NCBI GenBank assembly: GCA_964483475.1
Contig: CAZAAH010000002.1
Location: 31,641-95,640, forward strand
Direction: 5' to 3'
Length of the DNA: 64,000 nt
DNA from: an uncultured Candidatus Saccharibacteria bacterium
GTDB taxonomy: Bacteria; Patescibacteriota; Minisyncoccia; Minisyncoccales; Staskawiczbacteraceae
The notes beneath the pieces were generated by a model. That model ran no database searches. It saw only the letters and a program-made list of their open reading frames with translations, and was not told the DNA's origin. Below are positions 46,856 through 55,968 of this stretch, piece after piece (within the stretch, counting starts at the first letter, position 1; every line of letters starts with the position of its first letter). The translations under genes were made by a program, and so were the position numbers.

Positions 46856-47605
46856 CTACTTGTTTCCTGAATTAATCAGCAATAGGTTTTCCAGGGCAGA
46901 TGAATACTTTCCTTTTTCAAAAAAATCTTCAACTGACTTCAAAGCCTTTTCCTGATCTTCGTTTAATGTCTTGGACTCTTCTTTTTTTTCAAAGTCTTCT
47001 ATAAGCGGCGTCACAACTGCTTTGTATAAATCATCCGAAGCTTCTTTAACTTCTTTTAAATCTTCATCTTTAATATCGTCATTTTCTTTTTTATCTTCCG
47101 AATCAATATTCAAATAAGTCTTGTTATTATTAACTTCTAATGCAACTTCTTTGGCCAAAGAAGGATTTTGTTTTATATTCTTAGTCAACTCATTCGCGGC
47201 GTCTTTGGCCTCCTTCACTGCAAGGGACACCGGTATGTACTTTGTTTTACTTGTTAAAACTTGAGCTAAGTCGTGAGACTTTACCCTTAACTGTTCAACA
47301 TTGTCTTTTACTGCCATTAAAGTTTCCGGTGAAACTTTTACCTCCTGTACATTTGGCTTATTTAAAAGATTATATCCCATAAAACTTAGTATTCCAATGG
47401 CGAATAAAAAAGCAGCTAAACTATAAGCGAGTTTATTTTTAAATGAGTAATTTAATATATTTTGTATTAATCCTCTATAGGTTAATTTATTATCTTGCTC
47501 AAAAGTATTACTTAAAATTTTACTTTTAGTAAAAACGACCCAGTTTTGTCTAGGTTCTATTTGCTTGAGTTCTTTAATCTTGAAAATGACTTTATTATCA
47601 TCCAT
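46856..47605 (-). CDS. Single-pass membrane protein, probable anti-sigma factor (by position)
   Basis: The track ORF starts with TTG at 47653, and the first ATG is at 47605 (MDDNKVIFKIKEL). It has one TM helix (LAYSLAAFLFAIGILSFMGY) and an acidic coiled extracytoplasmic part. It lies directly downstream of the ECF sigma gene. Confidence 0.45.
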   Translation of the reverse strand: MDDNKVIFKIKELKQIEPRQNWVVFTKSKILSNTFEQDNKLTYRGLIQNILNYSFKNKLAYSLAAFLFAIGILSFMGYNLLNKPNVQEVKVSPETLMAVKDNVEQLRVKSHDLAQVLTSKTKYIPVSLAVKEAKDAANELTKNIKQNPSLAKEVALEVNNNKTYLNIDSEDKKENDDIKDEDLKEVKEASDDLYKAVVTPLIEDFEKKEESKTLNEDQEKALKSVEDFFEKGKYSSALENLLLINSGNK

Positions 47606-47654
47606 ATTACAACTAAGACGCAAAATAGGTATTTTTGTTACAAATTTACACAAA

Positions 47655-48161
47655 TCATGCCTGCCCTCTCAATTCATCTTTAAGAGAATTTAATCCTCTG
47701 TGGAGCATTACCCTCACCGTCCCAACTGGTTTATCGATGATTAACGCTATTTCCGATGCAGGAATATCTTCAAGATAGTGCCAAATTATTATGTCTTGGT
47801 AGTCCTTTTTTAGGTTTTGAATGGCTGACTTTACTAATTCAATATCCGAATTAACAGACGCTTTTTCATACAAGCTTTTATTAGGATCGGCTATTTGTCC
47901 TATAAAATCCGCTGAAAATGATTTTGTCCTACCCCGTTCTCTGTAATAATCTATAACTTGATTCCTGGCGATCTGGTACAAAAAAGCATTTATATTTTTT
48001 ATCGATTGATCCTTTTGATAAGATTCCCATCCCTTTAGAAAGACTTTTGAGGTTATATCTTCGGCTATTTCCTGTGAATCAACCTTTAAATAAACAAACC
48101 GATATATTTTGTTTATATATTGGTCGTAAATCTGGCTAAATTGTTCTTTTAAGTTATCCAT
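47655..48161 (-). CDS. ECF-type RNA polymerase sigma factor (sigma-70 family)
   Basis: 168 aa with region 2 (IYRFVYLKVDSQEIAEDITSKVFLKGWES) and a region 4 HTH (IPASEIALIIDKPVGTVRVMLHRGLNSLK). Confidence 0.85.
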   Translation of the reverse strand: MDNLKEQFSQIYDQYINKIYRFVYLKVDSQEIAEDITSKVFLKGWESYQKDQSIKNINAFLYQIARNQVIDYYRERGRTKSFSADFIGQIADPNKSLYEKASVNSDIELVKSAIQNLKKDYQDIIIWHYLEDIPASEIALIIDKPVGTVRVMLHRGLNSLKDELRGQA

Positions 48162-48173
48162 CGAAAGATCTTT

Positions 48174-48202
48174 ATTATAGGGTAAAAAATTTAAAAAGTC
48201 AA
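48174..48202 (-). promoter_or_regulatory. Sigma-70-type promoter of the sigma/anti-sigma operon
   Basis: The minus strand reads TTGACT-17 nt-TATAAT, with 12 nt to the ATG at 48161 and no SD. Confidence 0.6.
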
Positions 48203-48239
48203 TATTTGATAGGACATTTTATTATTTGATAGGACATTT
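48203..48239 (-). repeat. Two perfect 17-nt direct repeats (plus strand tatttgataggacattt) with a 20-bp period, abutting the -35
   Basis: The copies are at 48203-48219 and 48223-48239. An inverted partial copy (atgtccta, 48243-48250) forms an 8-bp hairpin with 48230-48237. Confidence 0.8.
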
Positions 48240-48240
48240 A

Positions 48241-48846
48241 CTATGTCCTAGTCTTATAGAAAATTTTATTCCACTCTCCTGATCTAATTATTTCACCCCT
48301 TTTTAATAAATCATCTAAATCTCTCCTTACGGTTCTTTTCGTTATATTTGGGATCTCTTTAACAATATCCGAAACTTGGATTTTCCCTTTTTCATGCAAC
48401 ATTTTTAATATCTTTCTTTGTCTTTCCGAGTAGTTTTCCGCCGTTGAATCTGAACTTAACTCTTTCTTGCTTACCAATAATTTGACGCTGTTTTCTGAAC
48501 CCAAAATAGTCTCTAATCTATTTTTAACTGCCTCCTTCGGTAGTTGGATTTTACTTTTCATTACATGATACTCCCTGGTTAATATTAAAAAGTTAATATT
48601 ATCTATCCAGCCTTGGTATTTTGCCAGCTTGAGATAATTTTCCAGAATTTCTATATCACTTAAAACTTGCAATGAAGTTCTTTCTTTTTGTATTGAAGCC
48701 CAGCCCTGAGCACCCGAAATCAGGGTAAAATTTTCCAGTATCGATAAAACTCTGTCCTTTGTCTTGTTTTTCAAAGGATCTCCTTCGGGAAAAAAATCGA
48801 TTAATTTATATGTTTTATTAATTATTTTTATAAAATTTTCCTCCAT
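48241..48846 (-). CDS. Helical N-terminal domain + C-terminal DeoR-type HTH protein (putative regulator)
   Basis: The track ORF starts with GTG at 48879, and the first ATG is at 48846 (MEENFIKIINKTYKL). The C-terminus RQRKILKMLHEKGKIQVSDIVKEIPNITKRTVRRDLDDLLKRGEI matches HTH_DeoR. Confidence 0.55.
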   Translation of the reverse strand: MEENFIKIINKTYKLIDFFPEGDPLKNKTKDRVLSILENFTLISGAQGWASIQKERTSLQVLSDIEILENYLKLAKYQGWIDNINFLILTREYHVMKSKIQLPKEAVKNRLETILGSENSVKLLVSKKELSSDSTAENYSERQRKILKMLHEKGKIQVSDIVKEIPNITKRTVRRDLDDLLKRGEIIRSGEWNKIFYKTRT

Positions 48847-48889
48847 AGATTTCTCAAAATATATCACAAAAAAAATCACCCGTAAACCC

Positions 48890-48917
48890 TGTTACAAATT
48901 TCACAATTTGTAGCAGT
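48890..48917 (-). promoter_or_regulatory. Inverted repeat upstream of the DeoR-HTH gene (candidate operator)
   Basis: ctgttacaaatt-tcac-aatttgtagcag forms 12 bp (one T·G position). It lies about 45-70 nt upstream of the ATG at 48846. Confidence 0.4.
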
Positions 48918-48963
48918 AGAAGGGACCAGTAAAATATTAGGTTACTAATTATAAACTTACTAT

Positions 48964-48991
48964 AAAAAAAGAAATCCACACCCCTGTGGAT
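48964..48991 (-). terminator. clpB terminator
   Basis: On the minus strand, atccaca-gggg-tgtggat is followed by ttcttttttt. Confidence 0.7.
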
Positions 48992-49052
48992 AACTTTAAA
49001 AAATAATTAAAAGAATATAGTAGAGCTTCAGCTACCGTTTATTTTGGTCAAT

Positions 49053-51746
49053 TTATTTTCTGGCGCTGATTTTTTCAGGTTCCTTAACTTTCGGCAATAA
49101 CTTTGGAGTTTCAAAGGTGATTTTGCCTTTATCCGCGTCAATTAGCACCCGACTGCCTTCTGCAACTTCGCCGGTGACAATTTTAATTGATAATGGGTCA
49201 AGGATCAGCCTCTGGATAGTTCTTTTGAGTGGCCTGGCGCCAAGATTAGGGTCAAAACCTTCCTTTACTAAAAGTTCTTTGGCTTTTTCAGAAATTTTAA
49301 TGGCAATTTCTTTGGCGGCCAGCCGTTTTTCTACCCTTGAAATTTCCAAGTCAACAATTCTCTTGATTTCATTTTTCTTTAAGTAGTTAAATATGACAAT
49401 TTCGTCAATCCTATTCAAAAATTCAGGCCTGAACTGGTCTTTAAGAACATCCTTTATTTTATCCTTCATTGACTCCCTTTGGGCGACATCCTCCTTATTA
49501 GTAAAACCAATTGAAGACATTTTGTTGATGTAGTCAGAGCCCACATTTGAAGTCATAATAATAATGGTGTTTTTAAAAGAAACCAGCCTGCCCTTTGAAT
49601 CGGTCAAGCGGCCATCCTCAAAAATCTGAAGCAAAATATTAAAAACTTCCGGGTGAGCTTTTTCTATTTCATCAAGCAAAATAACTGAGTATGGCCTCCT
49701 GCGGACTTTTTCGGTGAGCTGTCCCGCCTCTTCATAACCGACATAGCCCGGTGGCGAGCCGATCATTTTTGAAACCGTGTGACGCTCCATGTACTCTGAC
49801 ATATCCAGCCGTATCATTGATTTTTCATCGTCAAACAAAAATTCGGCTAAGGCTCTGGCGGTTTCGGTTTTACCAACGCCCGTGGGCCCCAAAAACAAGA
49901 ATGAGCCGAGCGGTTTGTTTTCTTCAGAAATCCCAGCCCGAGCCCGGCGAATGGCCCTTGAAATGGCCGAAATAGCCTCTTCTTGGCCAATAACTCGCTT
50001 ATTAAAAGCAATTTCCATGGTTTCTAACTTTTTAGCCTCTTCGGTGATAAGCCGAGTCACCGGAATCCCTGTCCAGCGAGAAACAATCCGAGCCACATCT
50101 TCTTCCGTCACTTCTTCTTTCAAAAAATGGTGCGAGCGCTGAAGTTTTACCAATTTTTGCTCGGTTTGCTTTTGTTCTTTAATAAGCTGGGGAATTTTTC
50201 CGTATTTTATTTCAGCTACTTTTTCCAAATCGGCCTCCCTTTGGGCAATCTCAGTTTGGTAAGAAAGTTCGTCAATTTTTTCCCTGATTTCTTTTATTTT
50301 ATTGATCAATTCTTTTTCTGCTCTCCACTTTGCAGACAACTCTCTTGATTTTTCTTTTACTTCAGCCAGCTCTTTGGCAATTACCTTTAACCTCCTTTCT
50401 GAATTTTTTTCTTTTTTCAAAGCTTCTTTTTCAATTTCCAGCTTGGTAATTTCCTCTTCAAAAGTTTCCAATTCCTGGGGTTCTGATTCAATTTCCAACC
50501 TCAAGGCCGAGGCGGCTTCGTCCATCAAGTCAACGGCTTTGTCTGGCAAAAATCGATCAGCAATGTAACGGCTGCTCAACTCAACGGCCGCTTTTATGGC
50601 AGAATCTTTTATTCTGACCCCATGATGAACCTCATATTTTTCTTTGATTCCCCTTAAAATAGCAGTGGCATCTTCAATTGAGGGCTCCTGAACATAAATC
50701 GGCTGGAACCTTCTTTCAAGGGCCGGATCTTTTTCAATATACTTTTGGTATTCCTTTAACGTGGTGGCTCCAATGGCCCTCAATTCTCCCCTGGCCAGCG
50801 CCGGCTTTAACAAATTTGAAGCATCAATGGCTCCTTCGGCTGCTCCGGCCCCAACCAAAGTGTGAAGCTCGTCAATAAACAAAATGTATCTGGCCGAAGC
50901 CCTTGAAATTTCTTTGAGCAAAGCTTTTATTCTGGTTTCAAACTCTCCACGGTATTTTGTGCCGGCAATAATTGAACCCAAATCCAAAGAGATAATTTCC
51001 TTATTCTTTAAAAATTCTGGAACATTTCCCCTGGCGATCCTTTGGGCAAATCCCTCAACAATCGCTGTCTTACCAACGCCAGCCTCCCCAATTAAAACAG
51101 GATTATTTTTCGTCCTGCGGGAAATAATTTGCATGAGCCTTCTTATTTCGTTGTCTCTGCCCACAATCGGGTCAATTTTCCCAGAAGCAGCCAGGTCGGT
51201 CAAGTTTCTGGTGTACTTTTCTATCACCTGGTATTTTGATTCTGGCTCTGGATCGGTAATCCTTTGCCCCCCTCTTATTTGAGACAACATTTTTAAAACC
51301 GTATCGTAATCAAGCTTTGAGGATTTTAAATCACCCGCCAAAAAATTTACTTTTTCCAGAACTTCTTTGGCCATTGATTTTGTATCCAGCAAAGCCAAAA
51401 ATAAATGTTCTACCGAAATAAATTCATCTCTCATTTTCATGGCTTCTTGCCTGGCCCTATCCAAAACTTTGGCCATGTCCTGGGTTAAGTAAAACTGGCC
51501 GAAGGCTGTGGGAGTTAAAATGTTTGAAATTTTTCTAATTTCAGCTTCAGTTTTTTTCTTTAAACTATCGGTGTCAACGCCCAATTTTTGCAAAATGGTC
51601 AAAACAACCGAACTTTCCTGGAAAAGCAAAGCAAAAAGCAGGTGCAGAGCGTCTATTTGCTGCTGACCCCTTTCTTGGGCAATGGACTGGGCTGACAAAA
51701 TCGCATCCTGGGCTTTATTGGTAAAATTAGCTCCGCTTCCGTTCAT
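49053..51746 (-). CDS. clpB: ATP-dependent chaperone/disaggregase ClpB
   Basis: 897 aa with Clp_N repeats, two AAA+ modules ([13 protein letters not shown]; [11 protein letters not shown]) and a long coiled-coil middle domain. Confidence 0.95.
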   Translation of the reverse strand: MNGSGANFTNKAQDAILSAQSIAQERGQQQIDALHLLFALLFQESSVVLTILQKLGVDTDSLKKKTEAEIRKISNILTPTAFGQFYLTQDMAKVLDRARQEAMKMRDEFISVEHLFLALLDTKSMAKEVLEKVNFLAGDLKSSKLDYDTVLKMLSQIRGGQRITDPEPESKYQVIEKYTRNLTDLAASGKIDPIVGRDNEIRRLMQIISRRTKNNPVLIGEAGVGKTAIVEGFAQRIARGNVPEFLKNKEIISLDLGSIIAGTKYRGEFETRIKALLKEISRASARYILFIDELHTLVGAGAAEGAIDASNLLKPALARGELRAIGATTLKEYQKYIEKDPALERRFQPIYVQEPSIEDATAILRGIKEKYEVHHGVRIKDSAIKAAVELSSRYIADRFLPDKAVDLMDEAASALRLEIESEPQELETFEEEITKLEIEKEALKKEKNSERRLKVIAKELAEVKEKSRELSAKWRAEKELINKIKEIREKIDELSYQTEIAQREADLEKVAEIKYGKIPQLIKEQKQTEQKLVKLQRSHHFLKEEVTEEDVARIVSRWTGIPVTRLITEEAKKLETMEIAFNKRVIGQEEAISAISRAIRRARAGISEENKPLGSFLFLGPTGVGKTETARALAEFLFDDEKSMIRLDMSEYMERHTVSKMIGSPPGYVGYEEAGQLTEKVRRRPYSVILLDEIEKAHPEVFNILLQIFEDGRLTDSKGRLVSFKNTIIIMTSNVGSDYINKMSSIGFTNKEDVAQRESMKDKIKDVLKDQFRPEFLNRIDEIVIFNYLKKNEIKRIVDLEISRVEKRLAAKEIAIKISEKAKELLVKEGFDPNLGARPLKRTIQRLILDPLSIKIVTGEVAEGSRVLIDADKGKITFETPKLLPKVKEPEKISARK

Positions 51747-51753
51747 AAAATTT

Positions 51754-51795
51754 TATAAATTAGATTTATACAAGGTATAAATTTAGATTTATACA
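51754..51795 (-). repeat. Tandem 19/20-nt direct repeat immediately upstream of clpB
   Basis: The plus-strand copies are tataaattagatttataca (51754-51772) and tataaatttagatttataca (51776-51795), offset by 22 nt. Copy 1 starts 8 nt from the clpB ATG. Confidence 0.75.
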
Positions 51796-51918
51796 TTAAA
51801 TATAGTAAATATATATTAATTTTCCGTTTAAATCAAGTCCAAAAATTTGATAAGATTTTAAAAATATGTTAGATTGAGAAAAAATAACTGCTGTTCGTTG
51901 TCAAAGGGAGAAACCGCG

Positions 51919-52113
51919 ATGATAGAAGAACTGCTGATTTCTTCATTTGTGGCACTAACATTAATATACGGATTACTTTTGGCAGTGGGTGCGCCATTTG
52001 ACAGATCACCCGACTGGGCCGACAAATTTGTTTTATTCATCTTTGTTGCAGTAAAATGGTTTTGCGGCTTACCCCTTAAGCTAATAAGAAAAGTTGTTTC
52101 TCTTATTATGTAA
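51919..52113 (+). CDS. Small two-TM membrane protein (hypothetical)
   Basis: The ATG at 51919 is preceded by an AGGGAG SD. The 64-aa product is MIEELLISSFVALTLIYGLLLAVGAPFDRSPDWADKFVLFIFVAVKWFCGLPLKLIRKVVSLIM, and a terminator follows directly. Confidence 0.45.
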   Translation: MIEELLISSFVALTLIYGLLLAVGAPFDRSPDWADKFVLFIFVAVKWFCGLPLKLIRKVVSLIM

Positions 52114-52114
52114 A

Positions 52115-52142
52115 AGCGAATTTCAGTTCGCTTATTTTTTTA
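52115..52142 (+). terminator. Rho-independent terminator
   Basis: The hairpin aagcgaa-tttcag-ttcgctt is followed by attttttt. Confidence 0.7.
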
Positions 52143-52181
52143 TAAAAAAAGCGAATAAGGTTTCCCAAAGTCCGCTTTATT

Positions 52182-52415
52182 TCAAGAGTTTGACCAGATG
52201 ACCAAGCTAAGAAATTCACAGCCATCTTCCGATCTTAAAGACACATTCATATTTCCAGAAACAGCCTTTAATCTCATTTTTATGGCTTTTTCTTTCAATA
52301 TTGCAGATCTTTCGTTATCGCCATTTTGTTTAGCCTTCATATCTAAAAAATTAAGAACTGCGTCTATAATTTCTAAAGATGGATTTGTTTCAACGGCGAC
52401 ATTTTGATCGCTCAT
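52182..52415 (-). CDS. Hypothetical 77-aa protein
   Basis: An ORF with a weak SD (AAAGGG). A hairpin plus U-run lies downstream on the minus strand (52144-52180). No family was recognised. Confidence 0.35.
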   Translation of the reverse strand: MSDQNVAVETNPSLEIIDAVLNFLDMKAKQNGDNERSAILKEKAIKMRLKAVSGNMNVSLRSEDGCEFLSLVIWSNS

Positions 52416-52621
52416 GGGCTACCCTTTCGTGTAAAGAACAAAAAAGTCTCTTGTTAAGAGGCTCGTTTGAATATTCTATTTGCTATTTCTAAATTCTATT
52501 TTCTAAACTTTAGAACACTCAAACCAACCTCCTTTGCAAAGAAGCTAAAATAAAAATTAAACCAGTTTGATGTATTATTATTTATCATCTCAATTTTAAT
52601 TTACCAAAAACAAAAATAATG

Positions 52622-53377
52622 TCAAATTTTTAAATTCTTTAAAACCAAATCTGCGAAATTTTTCAAAATAATTTCTGACTGAATTGAAGGTTTAATTAAA
52701 GATTTTATATCTGCATTTGAAGGTAAATATCCAGAAGTTTTTTTAATTCTTTCTAAAACGTCTTCCGAACTAAGTTCTGGATGAAATTGAATTCCATAAA
52801 TATTTTTTTGATATTTTACGACAGCATAATTACATTTTTCACTTTTAGCAATTACCCTTGCCATTTTAGGAAGACCATCCAGACTGTCTTTGTGACCATA
52901 TTGGGCAATAAATTTATGGGGCAATCCCTTCAATAAAAAATCGGGCTTTTCTTTTTTTATTAAAAAAACTTCGTGAGATCCTACCTTTGATTGCTTTTTG
53001 TCATTCACCACCTTTATGCCAAAAAATGCGGCGATCATTTGATGTCCATAACATATTCCAAGTGTTGGAATGCCGTTATCAAGCAAATATTTTAAAAAGC
53101 CTTTAATGTTATTTAAAATTTTATAAGACATTTTTCTTTTTGGATCATCTTCCATTCTTCCACCGTCAAAATCAAAATCACCAGAGCCACATAATATGAC
53201 TCCTGAATTATTACCTAGAATTTTCTTTGGATTATTCCACGGAATATCTTTGTTAATAGCGTTTAAAAAAACTGTTTTCACTTCAGAATTTTTAAAACTT
53301 CTCAAAAAAGACTTTTGTTCATCTAAAAGTATTTTTTTATTTTCTCTGAATTGGATTATAAGCAAACTTTTTTTCAT
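52622..53377 (-). CDS. Stand-alone class I glutamine amidotransferase-like protein (GATase1 / peptidase C26-like)
   Basis: 251 aa with nucleophile elbow GICYGHQMIAAFFG and His-Glu segment IQFHPELS. Confidence 0.8.
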   Translation of the reverse strand: MKKSLLIIQFRENKKILLDEQKSFLRSFKNSEVKTVFLNAINKDIPWNNPKKILGNNSGVILCGSGDFDFDGGRMEDDPKRKMSYKILNNIKGFLKYLLDNGIPTLGICYGHQMIAAFFGIKVVNDKKQSKVGSHEVFLIKKEKPDFLLKGLPHKFIAQYGHKDSLDGLPKMARVIAKSEKCNYAVVKYQKNIYGIQFHPELSSEDVLERIKKTSGYLPSNADIKSLIKPSIQSEIILKNFADLVLKNLKI

Positions 53378-53454
53378 AAAACTAATATTAATATAAAATT
53401 TTGGAAGCGCAAGAATACGTATTCTTGCGCTTCCAAACAGGCTGGAGTTATTTT

Positions 53455-54372
53455 TTATTCACAAACAAGCGGGCCGAATACTGCATCCGATGCACCGTGG
53501 ATTTTATAGTTTCTGTTTCCCTTATTATCTAGCCGTGAATTCCATGCTCCCCCCAAAGGAACATATTTTTTCAAAGCAATGTCATATCCAAAATAGAAAC
53601 AGTAAATCATGTCATGGCAAGGCACATGTGAAGCTTTCATTGGCAAAAGCTCTTCTTGTAGATACATCCTGCCTTGAGCTTTGAATTCCCGCTCTGCTCT
53701 TGAGCGAGAAACAGTACCCGCAGGACGCTTGCTGCCGCTCAGAGGAGAATAAAGTATCAGTCCCGAGCATCGGGTACCGTTGAGGGGTTTTAAAGCAAAT
53801 GACACGTCCCATGGCAAATTGTCCGACCGTGAAAACTGGACTTCATTCCAAAAATCCAAATGGACCCCATACGATTTATTTCCCTCTTGTAGAAACACAC
53901 TAACGCACTTTTCTTCCAATAAATGGTACTCAGATTCATTTGGAGACACTCGGGGAAAAACTAATTCCCCGTCAATTTCTTCTAGTCTTTTTTCAGTACT
54001 CCATAGTGAATCGTCCAATTTTCGGCTATCTGAAGATACTACGCAAAATGACGGCCAATTATTGCGTAAAGCATCGAAACAACTGCGAAAAGATTCATTA
54101 ATCATGTAATTCATTCCAATCCCTGCTGGCCTTTCTTCAATTTCATAAACACCAAGATAATTTTCGCAGATAATTGTACAATCTATTCTAATAATAAGCG
54201 ACGGAACTCCGTGATTTACTTGAATCCATGTGTTTTCTTTTGGGAAAACCTTTTTCCATTTTTCAATGCAATCAGCAAGGTATTGTGTCGCCCATTTTGG
54301 CATAATTTCTAATCCATCACAAATATTGCTGGGTTTTCCATGAATAATTTCTTGAGTTCTTACGGTAGCCAT
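53455..54372 (-). CDS. Hypothetical protein, possible ATP-grasp-like ligase (weak)
   Basis: The track ORF begins at 54465. The ATG at 54372 (MATVRTQEII) has an AAGGAG SD. The segments ALKPLNGTRCSGLILY, MYLQEELLP and YEIEERPAGIG are reminiscent of ATP-grasp motifs but occur in unusual order. Confidence 0.3.
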   Translation of the reverse strand: MATVRTQEIIHGKPSNICDGLEIMPKWATQYLADCIEKWKKVFPKENTWIQVNHGVPSLIIRIDCTIICENYLGVYEIEERPAGIGMNYMINESFRSCFDALRNNWPSFCVVSSDSRKLDDSLWSTEKRLEEIDGELVFPRVSPNESEYHLLEEKCVSVFLQEGNKSYGVHLDFWNEVQFSRSDNLPWDVSFALKPLNGTRCSGLILYSPLSGSKRPAGTVSRSRAEREFKAQGRMYLQEELLPMKASHVPCHDMIYCFYFGYDIALKKYVPLGGAWNSRLDNKGNRNYKIHGASDAVFGPLVCE

Positions 54373-54667
54373 TGAAAATAACTCCTTTGAAAAGAACTGC
54401 CTAACTGCCAAACCATTTTGGAAGCTAGTGAAATATTTTATTGAAAGATTTTTAAAAAATTGCATTAGCGCCCAAAATAGTAAAAATAAAAAAGGCCCTT
54501 ATAAGGCCAATTAACTTTTTATATTCTTTTATTTTTGTATTTTAGGCAAAAAAAGCTAACCGACCTTTTAGGGCCATCCAATACAAGAAACTTACATTAT
54601 GGTTAACTTTTATTTTTTTCATACCTCTATTTTGATGCTACCAAAAACAAATTGTCTTGTCAATTTT

Positions 54668-55954
54668 TTATCTTTCGCCTAAAACAACATCCACGTCCAA
54701 TTCTTTCCCGTCACGCAAAACTTTTAGCTTTACTTTGTCGCCGGGGTTATATTTTAAAATAATTTTAGACATTGAGTTGTCCTGGGTGATTTTTTCCCCA
54801 TTGAATTCCAGAATAACATCTTTTTCTTTAAGGCCGGCTTTTTCGGCTGCTGAACCAGTTGTAACTGCGGGCTCGCCATTGTCTCCTTTCAAAACCAAAG
54901 CCCCGTAATCAACCGACAAATTATATTTTTGTTTTACCTCGTCATTGACCAAAATATAACTCACACCCAAAAAAGGATAGGTTATTTTGTTTGTTTTTGA
55001 AACCTGGTCAATGTCTTTTTTGGCCAAATTTATCGGGATGGCAAAGCCAATGGACTCGGCTCCCTGAGCCAAAGCCGTGTTGACTCCGATGACCTCGCCC
55101 TTGAGGTTGAGCAGCGGGCCTCCGGAGTTTCCGGGATTAATGGCAGCGTCGGTTTGAATTATGCCTTCGAGGGTTTCGGAAAACCCCTGACCACCCGAGG
55201 CCGAAATCGTCCTCCCGAGGCCAGAAATCACTCCAACCGAAACCGTATTCCTAAATTCGCCCAAAGCGTTTCCGATAGCTATGGCCCCCTGTCCAATTTG
55301 AATGCCAGAAGAATCTCCCAATTTTATTGAAGGAAATTTGTTATCGCCCTGAATTTTTACCACTGCCAAATCCTGAACAGGATCTAAAGCCAAAACTTTG
55401 GCCGGATATTTTTTGCCGTCGTTGGTTAAAACCGTATATTCAGCTTGTTTGTCAACCACCACGTGCTTATTGGTTAAAACAAGACCATCTTCTGAAATAA
55501 TAAATCCTGAACCGGCTCCCACTTCCTGTTTTTGAGTTCCCTTTTGGACATACTCGGGAATTTGAATATCAAAAGGCGAATTAGGAATGTCGCCAAAAGG
55601 ATTGGTAAATTGCTGTTCGTAGACCGGCAGATTTTTGGAAATGATAATTGAAACAACCGATGGCGAAGCCTCTTTGACCGTGTCTATAACCGCCTGCTCG
55701 TATTCTATTCTTGAAACATATTTTTCTTGAGGTTTTTGTTGCTGAATGATAGGCGGTAAAAAATTTATTGCTGTTTTTTGAAAAATATCGTTTGCCTGAT
55801 TTTGAATATAATTTAAGGAAATTTGTCCCAAATAAAAACCGGCTACAACAAGAATAACTAAAGCCAAAAGCGAAAGTTGTAAAACCCTGTTTTGTAAAAC
55901 TTTTAAAATTGCTTTTTTAGAACCAGTAAAATTAAATTGAGGCAATTCGTACAT
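54668..55954 (-). CDS. htrA: HtrA/DegP-family serine protease with PDZ domain
   Basis: 428 aa with an N-terminal TM helix, a trypsin-like domain (TNKHV, GNSGGPLLN) and a C-terminal PDZ domain. Confidence 0.9.
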   Translation of the reverse strand: MYELPQFNFTGSKKAILKVLQNRVLQLSLLALVILVVAGFYLGQISLNYIQNQANDIFQKTAINFLPPIIQQQKPQEKYVSRIEYEQAVIDTVKEASPSVVSIIISKNLPVYEQQFTNPFGDIPNSPFDIQIPEYVQKGTQKQEVGAGSGFIISEDGLVLTNKHVVVDKQAEYTVLTNDGKKYPAKVLALDPVQDLAVVKIQGDNKFPSIKLGDSSGIQIGQGAIAIGNALGEFRNTVSVGVISGLGRTISASGGQGFSETLEGIIQTDAAINPGNSGGPLLNLKGEVIGVNTALAQGAESIGFAIPINLAKKDIDQVSKTNKITYPFLGVSYILVNDEVKQKYNLSVDYGALVLKGDNGEPAVTTGSAAEKAGLKEKDVILEFNGEKITQDNSMSKIILKYNPGDKVKLKVLRDGKELDVDVVLGER

Positions 55955-55968
55955 AGGAGTATATTGTG

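Noticed and set aside
51747-51873. A CIRCE (HrcA) or CtsR operator upstream of clpB.
   Set aside because: Neither the CIRCE inverted repeat (TTAGCACTC-N9-GAGTGCTAA) nor the CtsR heptad repeat (GGTCAAA-type) is present. Only an unrelated AT-rich direct repeat is seen.
51858-52040. The 60-aa minus-strand ORF opposite the small membrane-protein gene.
   Set aside because: The plus-strand ORF has an AGGGAG SD and an immediately following terminator. The minus-strand ORF has neither.
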